Positions 26,543 to 39,900 of a stretch of DNA of 64,000 bases are shown piece by piece; position 1 is the stretch's first letter, and every line of letters starts with the position of its first letter. Under the pieces are notes generated by a model. It worked only from the letters and a program-made list of their open reading frames with translations, searched no databases and was not told where the DNA came from. The stretch covers positions 89,218,001 to 89,282,000 of the forward strand of contig NC_043006.1 of assembly GCF_006345805.1 (NCBI RefSeq). The letters are read 5' to 3'. Both the position numbers and the translations under genes were made by a program. Origin of the DNA: Octopus sinensis (lineage: Eukaryota).

Positions 26543-28318
26543 CATCATCATCATCATCATTTAATGTCCATTTTTCATGGGTTGGATGGTTTGATTAAAG
26601 TATGGAAAGCCAGAAGGCTGCACCAGGCTCCAATCTGGTCTGGTAGAGTTTCTACAGCTGGATGCCCTTCCCAATGCCAACCACTCTGAGAGTGTAGTGG
26701 TTGCTTTTTATGTGCCACTGGCATGGAAGCCAGTGAGGCGGCCATGGGGTCTTTCACATTCGAACAGTGCTGTTTACGTGCCACCAGCACAGGAAGCAGC
26801 TGAAAGGCAGTGGCCTTGACAACTTTTAGATGGTGCTTTTTACATGCCACTGGCATGGAAGCCAGCCAGGCGGCACTGGCCACAGCTACAATATTGGTTT
26901 TACTTGACTCAACAGGTCTTCTCAAACATATCATATTGCCTGAAGCATCAAGATTAATTTTAAACAGGCTGGACATGTAACACTGGCATTAACCATGGCT
27001 GCAATGTCACTTTAGTTGCCAGGTCTTCTCAATCACAGCATATCTCCAAAGGTCTCAGTCACCTGTCATTGCCTTTGTGAGGCACAGCATTCAAAGGTTA
27101 TGCTTCACCACCTCATCCCATGTCTTCCTGGGTCTACCTCTTTCACAGGTTCCTTCCACAGTTAGGGTGTGGCACTTCCTCACACATCTGTCCTCATCCA
27201 TATGTAACACATGACCATACCAGCACAGTCACCTCTCTTGCAAACCACATTTGATGCTTCTTATGCCCAACTTCCTCTCAGGGCTCTCACAATCTGTCAT
27301 GTATACACACTGACATTACACATCCAGGGGATCAGACCTGCTTCATTTGTTTCAAGCCTACACAAGTCCTCAGCATCACAGCCCATATTTCTTATTTCTT
27401 TACTGCCCACAAGGGGCTACACACAGAGGTGACAAACAAGGACAGACAAACGGATTAAGTCAATTAAGTGCATAACTAGTACTTATTTAATCGACCCTGA
27501 AAGGATGAAAGACAAAGTCAACCTTGGCGGAATTTGAACTCAGAATGTAATGGCAGACAAAATACTGATAAGTATATTGCCCGGCGTGCTAACTTTTCTG
27601 CCAGCTCGCCACCTGACAGTCCATGTTTCACTGCTGTGTAGCATGGCAGTTTGCACACATACATCATACAGTCTACCTTTCATCCTGTGCGAGAGGCTCT
27701 TAGTTGCCAGCTGAAGTAGAAGTTTCCTGAACTTTGCCCAGGCTATTCTTACTCTTGTCGCTACCCTCTCAGAGCAACCAACTCCACTACAGACTTGCTT
27801 GCCTAGGAAGCAGAAACTATTAACTACTTCTAGTTTCTCCCCCATTACGTGATGGAATCTGTTTTCTGTACGTCTTCAGTGTTTGTTGTCCCTGTGCATC
27901 TGCCACACACAAAAACTATTTTCCTGGTTAACCCTCCTTTGATATTGCTGCACCTCTTATGTGTCCATAGCTTACAATGGGTACATCGTATGGAGTTTCT
28001 ACCCATGCCTTTTCTACAGATTGACTAGGGCCATCTACCTGAAGAAGAAGACTTTGGTTTTTGCCAGGTTAATCTTAAGGCCCTTCGATTCTTGACTTTG
28101 CTTCCACACCCTAAACTTCATCTCTAGTCCTGGCAGTGAGTCGTCTATTAGAGCAATGTCATAAGCATAGAGGAGCTCCCAAGGGTAGCTCTCTTGAATT
28201 CTTCTGTTATTGCCAGGAGGACTATAATAAATAAGAGGGGGCTGAGGACTGATCCTTGGTGAACCCCTACTTCTACTCAGAATTCTTCATTATACTCATT
28301 GCCAACCCTCACCTTACA
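26543..28318 (-). mobile_element. RTE/BovB-like LINE, 5'-truncated, interrupted by a SINE
   Basis: (CAT)n tail at 26543. Minus-strand EKLEVVNSFCFLG..RVRIAWAKF..KGRLYDVCVQTAMLHSSETW, with WELLYA.D near 28160. Confidence 0.8.
27388..27615 (-). mobile_element. tRNA-derived SINE nested in an RTE copy
   Basis: Reverse complement begins GGCGAGCTGGCAGAAAAGTTAGCACGCCGGGCAA and includes TTCTGAGTTCAAATTCCGCCAAGGTTGACTTTG. Confidence 0.85.
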
Positions 28319-28389
28319 TGAAACAAATGGTAGATTTATTGATACCAGCCCTACAGCAGTAAACCTTCCACTAGCATGGATTTTCGTGA

Positions 28390-28570
28390 TCATCTCTGAC
28401 TTTTCCTGTAGTGAATACACTCATCTGTGTTATTTTTTTTTAGGATCATATGCCTTTGCATTAGAATGAATGGTGGATTCATTGACACCAAACCTGTGAA
28501 AGCAGTGAAGCTTTCATCATGGCCTATTTTCTTGATCACCTCTATCTTTTCCTGTAGAGAGTACACTATA
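28390..28570 (-). pseudogene. Tigger/pogo-type transposase N-terminal HTH relic
   Basis: Minus-strand YSLQEKIEVIKKIGHDES, then in a shifted frame FGVNESTIHS, matches the CENP-B/psq-type HTH of pogo/Tigger transposases. Confidence 0.5.
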
Positions 28571-29899
28571 TGGGTGTATGCATTGTAACAGTGCGTTGCT
28601 GTATCCACCATTTGTTGGTGATTCCTTACTACTCTTGGCAAATGATGCCTTTTCACCACTCTAACCCATCGGTCTGTTTTGAGTAGTCAACACTTTGCTT
28701 TTTATGACATGCAGAGGAAACATTGGGTCTATTCTTTAACACGCTGGTTCCGACACAGTGCTAGAGCAACATGAAAGGGAGTGCTTTGCTCAAGAACACA
28801 ACATGCCTTCCAGTCTGTGAATTGAACCTACAATCTGGCAATTGTGAGTGAAACACCCTAACTACTAGGCAATGTGCCTTCATATATTTTTCTGTTCACT
28901 GGTCCCATCTTAATGAATATGAGTATGTAAATCCATATAAAGAAATAGGCAAGCATATATTTTTTAGTATCCTAAGTTAATTTGTCAACACATGGTCAAG
29001 GAAAGTCTGTGACAAATAGTGGGGAGAACTATTTTAACCATTTGTGTCTGTTGTCATGGAAACCCGGCACCGATGACGTCTGTCAGCACAGTATGCCATT
29101 GAGTCCTTCAGTTTACTACTGTTATTTACACACATGCTACTTACTGTTAGTTGTTTGTAGGTGCCTTTTGAGTTTTAATTCACTGTATAACATAACATCA
29201 GGGGCAAGAGTCTTCTACTATAGCTTGGGGCTGACCAATGCTTTGTGAGTAGAACTGGCAGACAGAAAATGTAGAGAAAACTGTCATATGTGTATTGACA
29301 TTCTATGTCTTCACTTGTCAACACCTAAGTGAAACTATGATGTGATGTTTACATTTCCTGTTGCTGAAACATCCTATGGTTTTGCACTTTCAGAGACAAC
29401 TGGAATAACAAAACAAGAAAAGAAATTCCCTTCCAAGTATGTACTGGTGAAAGGAAAGGTATTTAGCTGAAGAAACAATGTCTGAATAATATCTATTCAC
29501 TTAATCAACAGAAAACAAATTAATGAACACCTGCTGGAAGTGAGCTCAACATTGAAACAATGAAAGAAAATATAAGCAAGACTTTAATTAATTTATTGCT
29601 ATATGGCCATGCTGTAACACTACTTTAAAGATTTTTATTTACTCATATCTGTAAGTTTTTTTTTTACATAAAAGGACATAATTTAATGTATAAACTGGTC
29701 AACTTATAAATATGATTTTTCTGTTTTCTTTTCAATGCTGGCATGAATTAGTTGGGACATTTTGCAACAGTGTTTTACTGAAATATTCTTTCTCTGATGC
29801 CAATCCTTTTAGTCACTTCTTATGGCATGTAGGCATACAGTGTACATATTCTAAAAACCAAGATCGATCCATCCATCCATCATATATATATATATATAT

Positions 29900-29934
<35 letters not shown>

Positions 29935-30367
29935 ACTAGCAGTAATACCCATTGTTGATCAGGTAATTACATTTACTCTTTCTCAGGAGCCACATTCAAA
30001 GTGTTATTATATATAAAGGTTTACTCCTCCTGTATGTGTTATTTTATATATCAATACAGTAATGGCAATTATATAAAACACAAGGCTTTGGTCAGCATGG
30101 AGCTGTAATGATAGAGAATTGCCCAACATGCTGCGTAGTGGAACTGAACCCAAGGGAACATAGTTGGAAAGCAAGCTTCTCAACCACACAGCCGCACCTA
30201 TAAAGGAGAGATACATTTTGGATAATATACTCCTTCTGTCAAGTATAAATAATGAATATACTCCTTGATACAATATGATTAACAAAAAGATGGGATGTTT
30301 ACAGTGAGAAGACCTTTGATTTTAATATTTACTTGAGCAATGCAACAACTAACAATGCCACACCGTA

Positions 30368-31121
30368 CAGGGTGTTCCAGAATTAACTATGTTTCAAAGA
30401 AATTGAGCACCACCTTCAGTTGAGCAAATCGACCCCAGGACTTATTCTTTGTAAGCCTTGTACTTATTCTATTGATCTCTTTTGCCGAACCGCTAAGTTA
30501 CGGGGACGTAAACACACCAGCATTGGTTGTCAAGCAATGTTGGGGGGATAAATACAGACACACAAACACACATATATACATATATACGACAGGCCTCTTT
30601 CAGTTTCCATCTACCAAATTCACTCACAAGGCTTTGGTTGGCCTGAGGCTATAGTAGAAGACACTTGCCCAAAGTGCCATGCAGTGGGACTGAACCTGGA
30701 AGCATATGGTTGGTAAGGAAGCTACTTACCACACAGCCACTCCTTAGATTTATAAATCCTATGTCAAACTTTTATTGAAAATTTTCAACATGTCTGTATC
30801 TCTGCATACTTCACATCTCTCCTTAGTGATGTGAAACACATTTTGAAGCATTTCAAGAGTTAGCTCCTGCACTGCTAGCTGAATGTGTTCTTTAAGCTCA
30901 ACTAAACAATTGCTCCATCTTGGGGATGGAAGTAAAGAAAATGATTGCTGCCAAATTGGAAAAAAAGCTATCATGGGCAAATAGAAGGGGTCCAACAGGA
31001 ATGAAAATAAAATTAGAAACAAAATTCAAAGTTTATACACATATTAAACATGTAAAAAGTGAGTTTTAAAAAAAATGCATCCGATTTCACTCAAATCATC
31101 ATTAATTTTAGGACACTCTCT
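30368..31121 (-). mobile_element. Internally deleted Tc1/mariner-superfamily relic (CAGGGTG-type TIR) carrying a SINE insertion
   Basis: TA-CAGGGTGTTCC at about 30366 and a degenerate GGACACTCTCTA at about 31110. The minus-strand peptide LVELKEHIQLAVQELTLEMLQNVF resembles transposase C-termini. Confidence 0.45.
30405..30745 (-). mobile_element. tRNA-derived SINE, same family as 25302-25692
   Basis: Shares CTCTTTTGCCGAACCGCTAAGTTACGGGGACGTAAACACACCAGCAT and the head region. Confidence 0.85.
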
Positions 31122-31308
31122 ATTTACTCAAACGACTGGGGGGGGGAGGGACAGAGGGGCAGGGACTAATTGCAGGTGGCGAGTGTAGCGTCCGGAAGTG
31201 GTCACATGGTCAAACTCAAATGGCTGAGTTACAACAGTAGTTTATTTTTTTGTATGAACATTTTGCATTAATGGATGACATAGAAAGCAGACATACAGCT
31301 GCAGCATA

Positions 31309-32600
31309 CGAGGGGCGTTCAATAAGTAATGCCCCTGACCCACTTCCCATAGCAGTAGAGCAACGAAACTTGGCACAAGTATTAGTCTTTTTCTACATAG
31401 GAACAACCCAGAGGTACACATTTCTCCCATCGTTTGATGCAGTTCTGGAGACCGTTTTCGTAGAAGACCCCAGCTTGGTCCTCCAACCACGACGTGACTT
31501 CAGAAATCAAGGCTGCATCATCTGGGAAATGCTTTCCTTTCAAAAACAACTTCATGGCTGGGAAGAGGTGAAAATCAGAGGATGCAAGGTCAGGAGAGTA
31601 GGGGGATGGGGGAAGAGTTCATAGCCGCATGCCTGTGCTTCTGATCTGGCGACACGCGAGTTGTGGACCGGAGCGTTGTCCTGCAGGAGGAGGATGCCTT
31701 TGCTGATCTTGCCCCGCCTCTTGGTTTCAATAGCTTCTCTTAATTTCCACAAAAGTGAAACATGATAGGCTCCTGTAATTGTGGTACCCTTTGCCAGGAA
31801 ATCTGTCATCACTACTCCGTCCTGGTCCCAGAAGACTGTGAGCATGACCTTGCCAGCGAAGGCCTGCACCCTTGCCTTCTTTGGAGGAGGTGAGTCACGG
31901 TGTTTCCACTGCATTGACTGGGCTTTGGTCTCTGCATCATAGTGATGGACCCAGGTCTCATCCTGTGTAATCAGTCTTTTGAAAAATTTTGACTCATCTT
32001 CTTGGCACATCCCTAAATTCTTGCTTCTGGAATTCTTGCGTTCTTGCTTCTGGAAAAGTGTGAGCAACCTGGAAATCCATCTGGCAGACACCTTTTGCAT
32101 ATGCAAATGGTCATGAATGATAGTTTCCACAGACCCGGTACTAATCTTGACCTCATGGGCTATTTGGTGAATAGTTATGCGTCGATCTTCCAAAATGGCA
32201 GCCTCAACTTGACGGACAGATGCCTCATCAATGGCAGAAGGGGTGCGACCAGATCTGGGAGCTGTTTCCACAGAGTTCCGACCATGTTTGAATTCACGAT
32301 GCCAGCGTTTTACAAGGTCATATGATGGGGCATCATCACCATAAGTTACTTTCATTTCATTAAAAGTCTCCTGTGGTGTGCGTCATTTCAAATACAAAAA
32401 CCGGATCACTGCTCGACACTCAACATGCTCCATTTCCCACTTGACTCATTTCAAACACCTGTAAATCAGAAACCACAATTAGTTCGGAGCTGTAATTTGC
32501 CACTTAATCTATAGAGATATCAATAATTGCACATGCAAAATTTCAGCTAGATCAAACAAAGGCAAGTGGGTCAGAGGCATTACTTATTGAATGCCCCTCG
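31309..32600 (-). mobile_element. Complete mariner element (1292 bp) with TA target duplication, probably irritans-like
   Basis: TA-CGAGGGGCGTTCAATAAGTAATGCC ... GGCATTACTTATTGAATGCCCCTCG-TA. The subfamily call is an inference from the CGAGGG TIR start. Confidence 0.95.
31382..32433 (-). pseudogene. Mariner DDD transposase with one nonsense codon (codon 17) and one frameshift near 31610
   Basis: MEHVECRAVIRFLYLK*RTPQETFNEMKVTYGDDAPS...WISRLL...ITQDETWVHHY...LLQDNAPVH...HPP, then in a shifted frame YSPDLASSDFHLF...YVEKD*. Confidence 0.92.
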
Positions 32601-33265
32601 TATGCATTGCACAAGAAACGTGAAACATCAACAGGGCACTTCTGGAGAATGGATGAATGGGTTTGTTGTGCCATTACCCAACCATGCACACACACACACA
32701 CATGGTCCAGTGGTGAGCGGAATGGTAACATGAAGCATCAACAGGGCACAGACAAAAATTTCAAAGTTCTTCTTATTTCCTTCTGCCAAAATTGGACAAA
32801 AAGCTTTTCATGAAATATTATAAGCTACTTATAATGAATAAGTAGTGTCAATATTTTATTGTTGGAAAATGGCCTAAAACAAAGATAAAACCCAGGGCAG
32901 TATACTCAAATCTGATTAATCTGCATTTGGGGAGGCACATAGTCAGTGATGGAAATTTTTTTAGAGGAAAGCAAGTGGATAATCTTCAAGATATGGCTGT
33001 GAAAATGCTTTAAAAATCTGGTTTATCTGCCCCTGGGCCCGCATCAGGTAAGAAGCTGAAAATGTTTTTGACTCATGACACTCCATCAACCATATGTAAT
33101 GCATGTGCAAAATTTCATTAAAATCGGTTGGGTGGATCTTGAGTTTTAATGACATGACACACAACCACACATCCTGTGTTATCATCATCATCTGTCCCCT
33201 CTCGACCCAAAATAAGGGATCGGGGCACCCTGTCAAAGGCTTTCTCCATGTCAACAAAAGCCAGG

Positions 33266-36058
33266 TGGTGGAACAATGTTGTTGACAGGGCTATTAGAGA
33301 AAAGAAACAGGTTTGGAAGGACTGGAAGAACGGTGGTAGCAGGGAACTGTATCAGACTGCTAGAAGGGAAGCTAGGAGGCAGGTTTATTTAGCCAGAGGG
33401 GAAGCAGATAAGAAAAATATTTGCCAATGTTCTGCACCGTGAGGACCAAAGACTTGAGGTATTTTGTGTTGCAAGGCAGTGTGTGAGAGAGAATCGTGAT
33501 GTTCTAGGAGAGAAATGTGTTTGCATTGATGATGGCTCACTTGTGCTAAATGAGGCTGCAAAGAGAGAGGTTTGGAGACGCCACTATGAAAGGTTGCTGA
33601 ATAAAGAAAATGAATGGGAGAAAGAGAGTCTACCGAACGTCGACCCAACAGAGGAACCAGCTATCTGAGTTGACAGTACTTTGGTAGATAAAGCAATTAA
33701 GAGTATGAAGACAGGGAAAGCTCCCGGCCCATCAGGAATTACTGCAGAGATGCTCAAAATATCTGGCAGTGTCGGCTATAGCCTAGTCACCTGTATAGTT
33801 AACCAGGTAATACACGAAGGAGTCATACACAATGACTGGTGTAGCAGCATAATAGTCAGCTGCTACAAAGGTAAAGGTGACACTTTAGATACAAATAATT
33901 ACAGAGGTATCAAGCTGTTGGATCAGGTAATGAAGGTCACGGAGAGGGTCATAGCCCAACTAATTAGGGAGAGAGTCAGTTTGGATGAGCTCCAGTTTGG
34001 TTTCATGCCAGGGAAAAGCACCACTGATGCTATATTCCTGGTAAGACAGCTGCAGGAGAAATACCTAGCCAAAGATAAGCCCCTGTACCTGGCTTTTGTT
34101 GACATGGAGAAAGCCTTTGACAGGGTGCCCCGATCCCTTATCTGGTGGTCATTGAGGAAACTAGAAATAGGTTAGTGAGAGCTGTGCAAGCCATGTATTG
34201 ACGCTATCAGTAAGGTGAGGGTTGACATGGAGAAAGCCTTTGACAGGGTGCCCCGATCCCTTATCTGGTGGTCATTGAAGAAACTAGAAATAGGTTAGTG
34301 AGAGATGTGCAAGCCATGTACTGACGCTATCAGTAAGGTGAGGGTTGGCAACGAGTACACTGAAGAATTCAGGGTAGAGGTAGGGGTCCACCAGGGTTCA
34401 GTCCTCAGCCCCCTCCTATTTATCATAGTCCTCCAGGCAATAATGGAGGAATTCAAGACAGGATGCCCCTGGGAGCTCCTCTATGCTGATGACCTTGCTC
34501 TAATTGCTGAGTCACTATCAGAACTAGAGGAGAAGTTTCAGGTGTGGAAACAAGGATTAGAATCGAAGGGCCTTAGAGTCAACCTAGCTAAAACCAAAGC
34601 CCTAATATGTAGGAAGGCAGGCAAACCACAAATCCCTTCAGGTTGATGGCCCTGCTTGATCTGTAGTAGAGGAGTTGGTAGAAACTCTATAAGATGTACC
34701 CAGTGTAAGCTATGGACACATAAGAGGTGCAGTAATATCAAAGGAAGGCTAACAGGGAAGATAGTTTTTGTATGTGGCAGATGCTCGGATGCAATAAACA
34801 CTGAAAATGCTCTGAGACCAACTTCCGCCACATTCCAGGGAGGAAAACTAGAAGTACTTGATAGCTGCCATTGCTTAGCTGAGCAAGTCAGTAGCGGGGG
34901 AGGGTGCACTGAAAGTGTAGCTGCTAGAGTAAGAATAGCTTGGGCAAAGTTCGGAGAGCTCTTACCTCTGCTGGTGACAAAGGGCCTCTCGCTCAGAGTA
35001 AAAGGTAGACTGTATGATGCATGTGTACAAACAGCCATACTACATGGCAGTGAAACATGGGCTGTGACTACTGAGGATATGCGTAAGCTCGCAAGGAATG
35101 AAGCCAGTATGATCCGATAGATGTGTAATGTCAGTGTGCATACTTGACAGTGTAAGTACCTTAAGAGAAATATTGGACTTAAGAAGCATCAGATGTGGTG
35201 TGCAAGAGAGACGACTGCGCTGGTATGGTCATGAGGCGAGAATGGATGAGGACAGCTGTGTGAAAAAGTTCCACACGCTAGCGATTGAGGGAACCTGTGG
35301 AAGAGGTAGACCTAGGAAGACCTGGGATGAAGTGGTGAAGCACGGCCTTCGAACTTTAGGTCTCATTAAGGAAATGATTAGTAACCGAGACTTTTGGAAA
35401 TATGCCGTGCGGTAGAAGACCTGGCAAGCCAAATGAGACCATAATCTTGTGGCTTATGCCAGGAGTGTAACCAGTCCACTTATGCATACCCTTTTCTTCT
35501 TTGGACACTAAAATTCTGCTTGCGAAGACCTGTTGAGGCAAGTAAAATCAAATTCGATGACAGGCGTCCGTGCTGGCAGGGTGCAAAGAACACCATACGA
35601 GTGTGATCATTGACAGAGCGGCTGACCGGCTTTCATGCCAGTGGCATTTAAAAGGCACCATTTGAGTGTGATCGTTACCAGCGTTGCCTTACTGGCACTC
35701 GAGCTCCGTGCTAGTAGGATATTAAGAGCACAATCCGAACGTGATCATTGCCAGAGCGGCTATCTGGCATCCGTGATTGTTACCAGCATCGCTTTACTGG
35801 CACCTGTGCCAGTGACATATGTAACAGATTTGAGCAAGGTCATTGCCAGTACCGCCTGACTGGGCCCGTGCTGGTGGCACGTAAAAAGTACCCACTACAC
35901 TCTTGGAGTGGTTGGCGTTAGGAAGGGCATCCAGCTGTAGAAAGTCTGCCAGATCAAGATTGAATCTGGTGCAGCCATCTGCTTCACCAGCCCTCAGTCA
36001 ATCATCCAACCCTTGCTAGCATGGAAAGCGGACGTTAAACGATGATGATGATGATGAT
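33266..36058 (+). mobile_element. RTE/BovB-like LINE, 5'-truncated, RT with embedded PHD finger, ~630-bp 3' UTR and (GAT)n tail
   Basis: KAPGPSGITAEMLK, NYRGIKLL, QFGFMPGKSTTDAIF, AFVDMEKAFDRVP, HQGSVLSPLLF, WELLYADDL and RGRPRKTW. Confidence 0.95.
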
Positions 36059-36064
36059 ATATAG

Positions 36065-36270
36065 TTAATCTAAACATGAACAAAGAGAAAACACAACAAT
36101 GCAAGGACGTGGAACAAGTATAGTGTTATTGGGTGCTCAGGAGAGGAAAGAAAGATGGATGATTTAACATTTTGAGCGGAGCTCTTCATCAAAAACATAG
36201 GAAAAGGAAAGATCCAAGGACTGGAAGACAGAGAAAGAAAATTGCCAATGATACACACATGGTCACATTT
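36065..36270 (-). mobile_element. Short Penelope-associated repeat with a degenerate mini-hammerhead motif
   Basis: The reverse complement of 36162-36196, GTTTTTGATGAAGAGCTCCGCTCAAAATGTTAAAT, matches the motif at 59236-59270. Confidence 0.55.
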
Positions 36271-36273
36271 TGA

Positions 36274-36334
<61 letters not shown>

Positions 36335-36336
36335 TA

Positions 36337-38910
36337 AGGGCATTAGAGCAAAGAAACAGGCTTTGAAGGATTGAAAGGTGGTGGTAGCAAGGAGCTATAT
36401 TAGGCAGCTAGAAGGGAACCTAGGAAGAGGTATACTTAGCCAGGGGTGAAGTAGAAAGAAAGAAGTTTGCTAATGTTCTGCAGCATGAGGATCAGCAGCT
36501 GGAAGTGTTTTAGTTTGCAAGACAGTGTGCCAGGGAAAATTGTGATGTTGTGTGAGAGAAGTGTGTTCAAATGGATGATGGTTCCCTTGCAGTTAGTGAC
36601 TCTACAAAGAAAGAGGTTTGGAAGTGCCACTATAAAAGGCTCCTAAATGTAGAGAATTCATTGGCGAAGGAGAGTCAACATTAATGTTGATCCATCAGAG
36701 GGACCAGCAATCCAAATAAACAGTTGCATTGTAGACAAAGCCACGAAGGATATGAAGACGAGGAAAGCTCCTGGGCTCATTATAAATAACCGCTGAGATG
36801 CTTCAAATATCTGGCTGTGTGGGTTATGGTCTAGTTATCAGGTGGTACACGAAGGAAGAATACCCAATGACTGGTGCAGCAGCACCATAGTCAACTACTA
36901 TAAAGGTAAATGTGATGCCTTAGAAGTAATTACAGAGGCATCAGATTGTTGGATCAGGTTATGAAAGCTATGGAGTGGGTCATAACCCAACTAATTAGGG
37001 AGAGAGTTAGTCTAGATGAGAAGCAATTTGGTATTGTGCCAGGAAGAAGCACCACTGATGCTATATTTCTGGTAAGGCAACGGTAGGAGAAGTACCTGGC
37101 CAAAGATAAATCTTTGTTCGTAGCTTTTATTGACATGGAGAAAGACTTTAACAGGGTCCCCTGCTCCCTTATCTGGTGATCAATGTGGAAACTAGGGATA
37201 GATAAGTGGCTGGAGAGAACTGTACAAACCATGTACAGGGGTGCAGTCAGTAAGGTGAGAGTTAGCAATGAGTATAGCAATGAATTCATGTTACAAGTAG
37301 GGTTTCATCAAGGATCAGTCCTCATTATCCTCCTGTTCTTCATAGTCCTCCAGGCAATAACAGAGGAATTTAAGATGAGTTGCCCCTGGGAACTTCTCTA
37401 TGCTGATGACCTTGTTCTTATAGCTGAATCACTACCAGAACTAGAGAAGATATTACAGGTATGGAAGCAAAGTCAAGAATTGAAAGGCCTTAGAGTTAAC
37501 CTAGCAAAAAGCAAAGCTTTAGTAAGTAGGAAAGCAGACAAATCACAAATGCCTTTAGGTTAATGGCCCTGCTCAATCTGTAGGAAAGATGTTGGTAGAA
37601 ATCCCATAAGATGTACCCAGTGTGAACTATGGACACATAAAAGGTGCAGCAATATCAGAGTAACTGGGAAAGTACTTTTTATATGTAAAAGGTGCACAGG
37701 TATAACAAACACTAAAAGTGTACAGAAAATAGACTCCATCAACTGTCAAGGGGTAGGCTAGAAGTGGGAGATAGCTTCCATTATTTAGGTGACCAAGTTA
37801 GTAGTGGAGTTGGATTCTCCGAGAGTGTAGCTGCAAGAATAAGAATAGACTGGATAAAGTTCAGAGTGCTCCTACCTCTGTTAGCAAGAAAGGACCTCTC
37901 GCTCAGAGTGAAAGGCAGATTGTATGATGCCTGTGTGCAAACAGCTATGCTGCACAGCAGTGAAACATGGGCTGTGACAGCTGAGGACATACATAGGCTT
38001 GAAAAAATGAAGCTAGTATGCTTCGTTGGATGTGCAATGTCAGTGTACATGTTCAACAGAGTAGAAGCGTCTTGAGAGAAAAGGTGGGCATAAGAGGCAT
38101 CAGATGTAGTGTGCAAGAGAGATGTGATGCATATGAACAAGGAGAGCTGAGTAAAGAAGTGCCAATCTCTAACTCTGGAGGAAACTTGTGGAAGACCTAG
38201 GAAAACATGGGATGAGGTGGTGAAGCATGATCTTTGAATGTTGGGCTCCATGGAGGCAATGACTAGTGACCGAGACCTTTGGCAATATGCCATGCTTGAG
38301 AAGACCCATCAAGCCAAGTGAGATCATAGTCATGACTCATACCAGTGTCATGAAACTAGCACCTGTGGTACATAAAAAGCACCTTTCAAGCATTGGGCCT
38401 CACGGAGGCAATGTGGATGATGCCAGTGTCGCATAACTAGGACCTTTTGAGCATAGTTCCACATGGAGGTAATGTAGCCATGCTGATGTCAAGTAGCTAG
38501 TATCTTTTGAGTGTAGGGCCTCATGGAAGCAATGTGGCTGACGCTGGTGTCGCATAACTAGCCCCTTGAACCAGTGATATATAAAAGCAGCTTTTGAGCA
38601 TAGGGCCTCATGCAGGCAATGACATTTGACAGACCCTTCAGTGGACAGACAGACTTATAATGTGCTTGAATAAAAGACACTTCAAGCCAAGTGAAATTGT
38701 AGTCATGGCAGATACTGGTGTCATTCAACTGGTGCCATGTAAAAGCACCCATTACATTCTCAGAGTGATTGGTGTTAGGAATGGCATCCAGCCATAGAAA
38801 CCATACCAAATCAGACTTGAGTCTTTGCAGTCCCTCAGCCTAATGGCTCTGGTCAAACCATCCAACCTATGCCAGCATGGACAATGGATGTTGTTGATGA
38901 TGATGATACA
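36337..38910 (+). mobile_element. Second, more diverged RTE/BovB-like LINE copy, in tandem with the first
   Basis: Colinear homology with 33290-36056 (WELLYADDLVLIAE; RVKGRLYDACVQTAMLH). The 3' UTR has ~60-bp GGGCCTCA(C/T)GGAGGCAATG subrepeats and a (GAT)n tail. Confidence 0.9.
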
Positions 38911-39679
38911 TATGAGATTGGTGCAGGCAAGCTTTGAACGTCATCAAAGTACTACCTCCCTATACTGTCATCACTAACACAATATACAATACCATCTAAA
39001 AAGAGAACTGTCTTGGGATTAATATAGAGATGCCCTCTGTTATTAAATACATATGTAAACAACAACACAAAATTTGTACCAAGTGCAAAACATAACAGGC
39101 TGAATATTGTTGTTTGGGACAGACAAGAAACAGTATGTACTGTCAGTATGCTGATGCTGATGTGAATATCTCTTGAAAAATCAAAGAGAAAGAGCTTAAT
39201 TATGGACAACTGCTTCAAAAGCTCCGGCTCCTTCTATATTATATAAATTCACATTTATTCCAATGACAACTGGTGCACTTGCATTGCCTCAATGCTTATC
39301 ATGTTCACTCCCTTCAAGACTTCTGTGTCAGGAGTCTGCGAGGACCAACCAACATTCAGAATGTATCTCAGACACTTCTGATGGAAATGTTCCAGGACCA
39401 AAAGATAAACTGAAGGGACAACAAATGGTTATGCAGAGGCAGGAATGAGGTTCCAATGACCATGCATACTAAGTTCCTAGCAATTGTATTGGTTCTTAGG
39501 GTAATCAGCAATGTGAGAGATGTCCTGCCTCCTTATTTCTTTAACAGGGCTTAAGAGTCAATGCTACTGTCTACTCAGGTGTTAGAGAAAGTTGTGAGAA
39601 AACAATGTCATCCAACTAGACTCTGTACTGTCTCATAAGGCTAGGACAACCCAAGCATGGATGCATGCCACTGTCCATG

Positions 39680-39900
39680 ATCATGTTCTCCCAGACACAT
39701 GGACCCCTAACTCATCAGACCTCAATCTACTGGACTATTATGTATGGGGTATAGTCAAGAGAGAGGTCAATCAACACTCTCATAACACCACACAATCTCT
39801 CAAGCCTGTGAAAAGCAGCACTATGTCCAAAATCTATAAAGATCATCTGGTTTGGGCATGTCAGTTCTTTTGAACATGTACTGAAACAGCCATTGATACT
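39680..39900 (+). pseudogene. Tc1/mariner-superfamily transposase C-terminal relic (SPDLNPLD-type)
   Basis: WTPNSSDLNLLDYYVWGIVKREVNQHSHNTTQSLK matches the WPPNSPDLNPLDYYVW motif. Confidence 0.7.
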
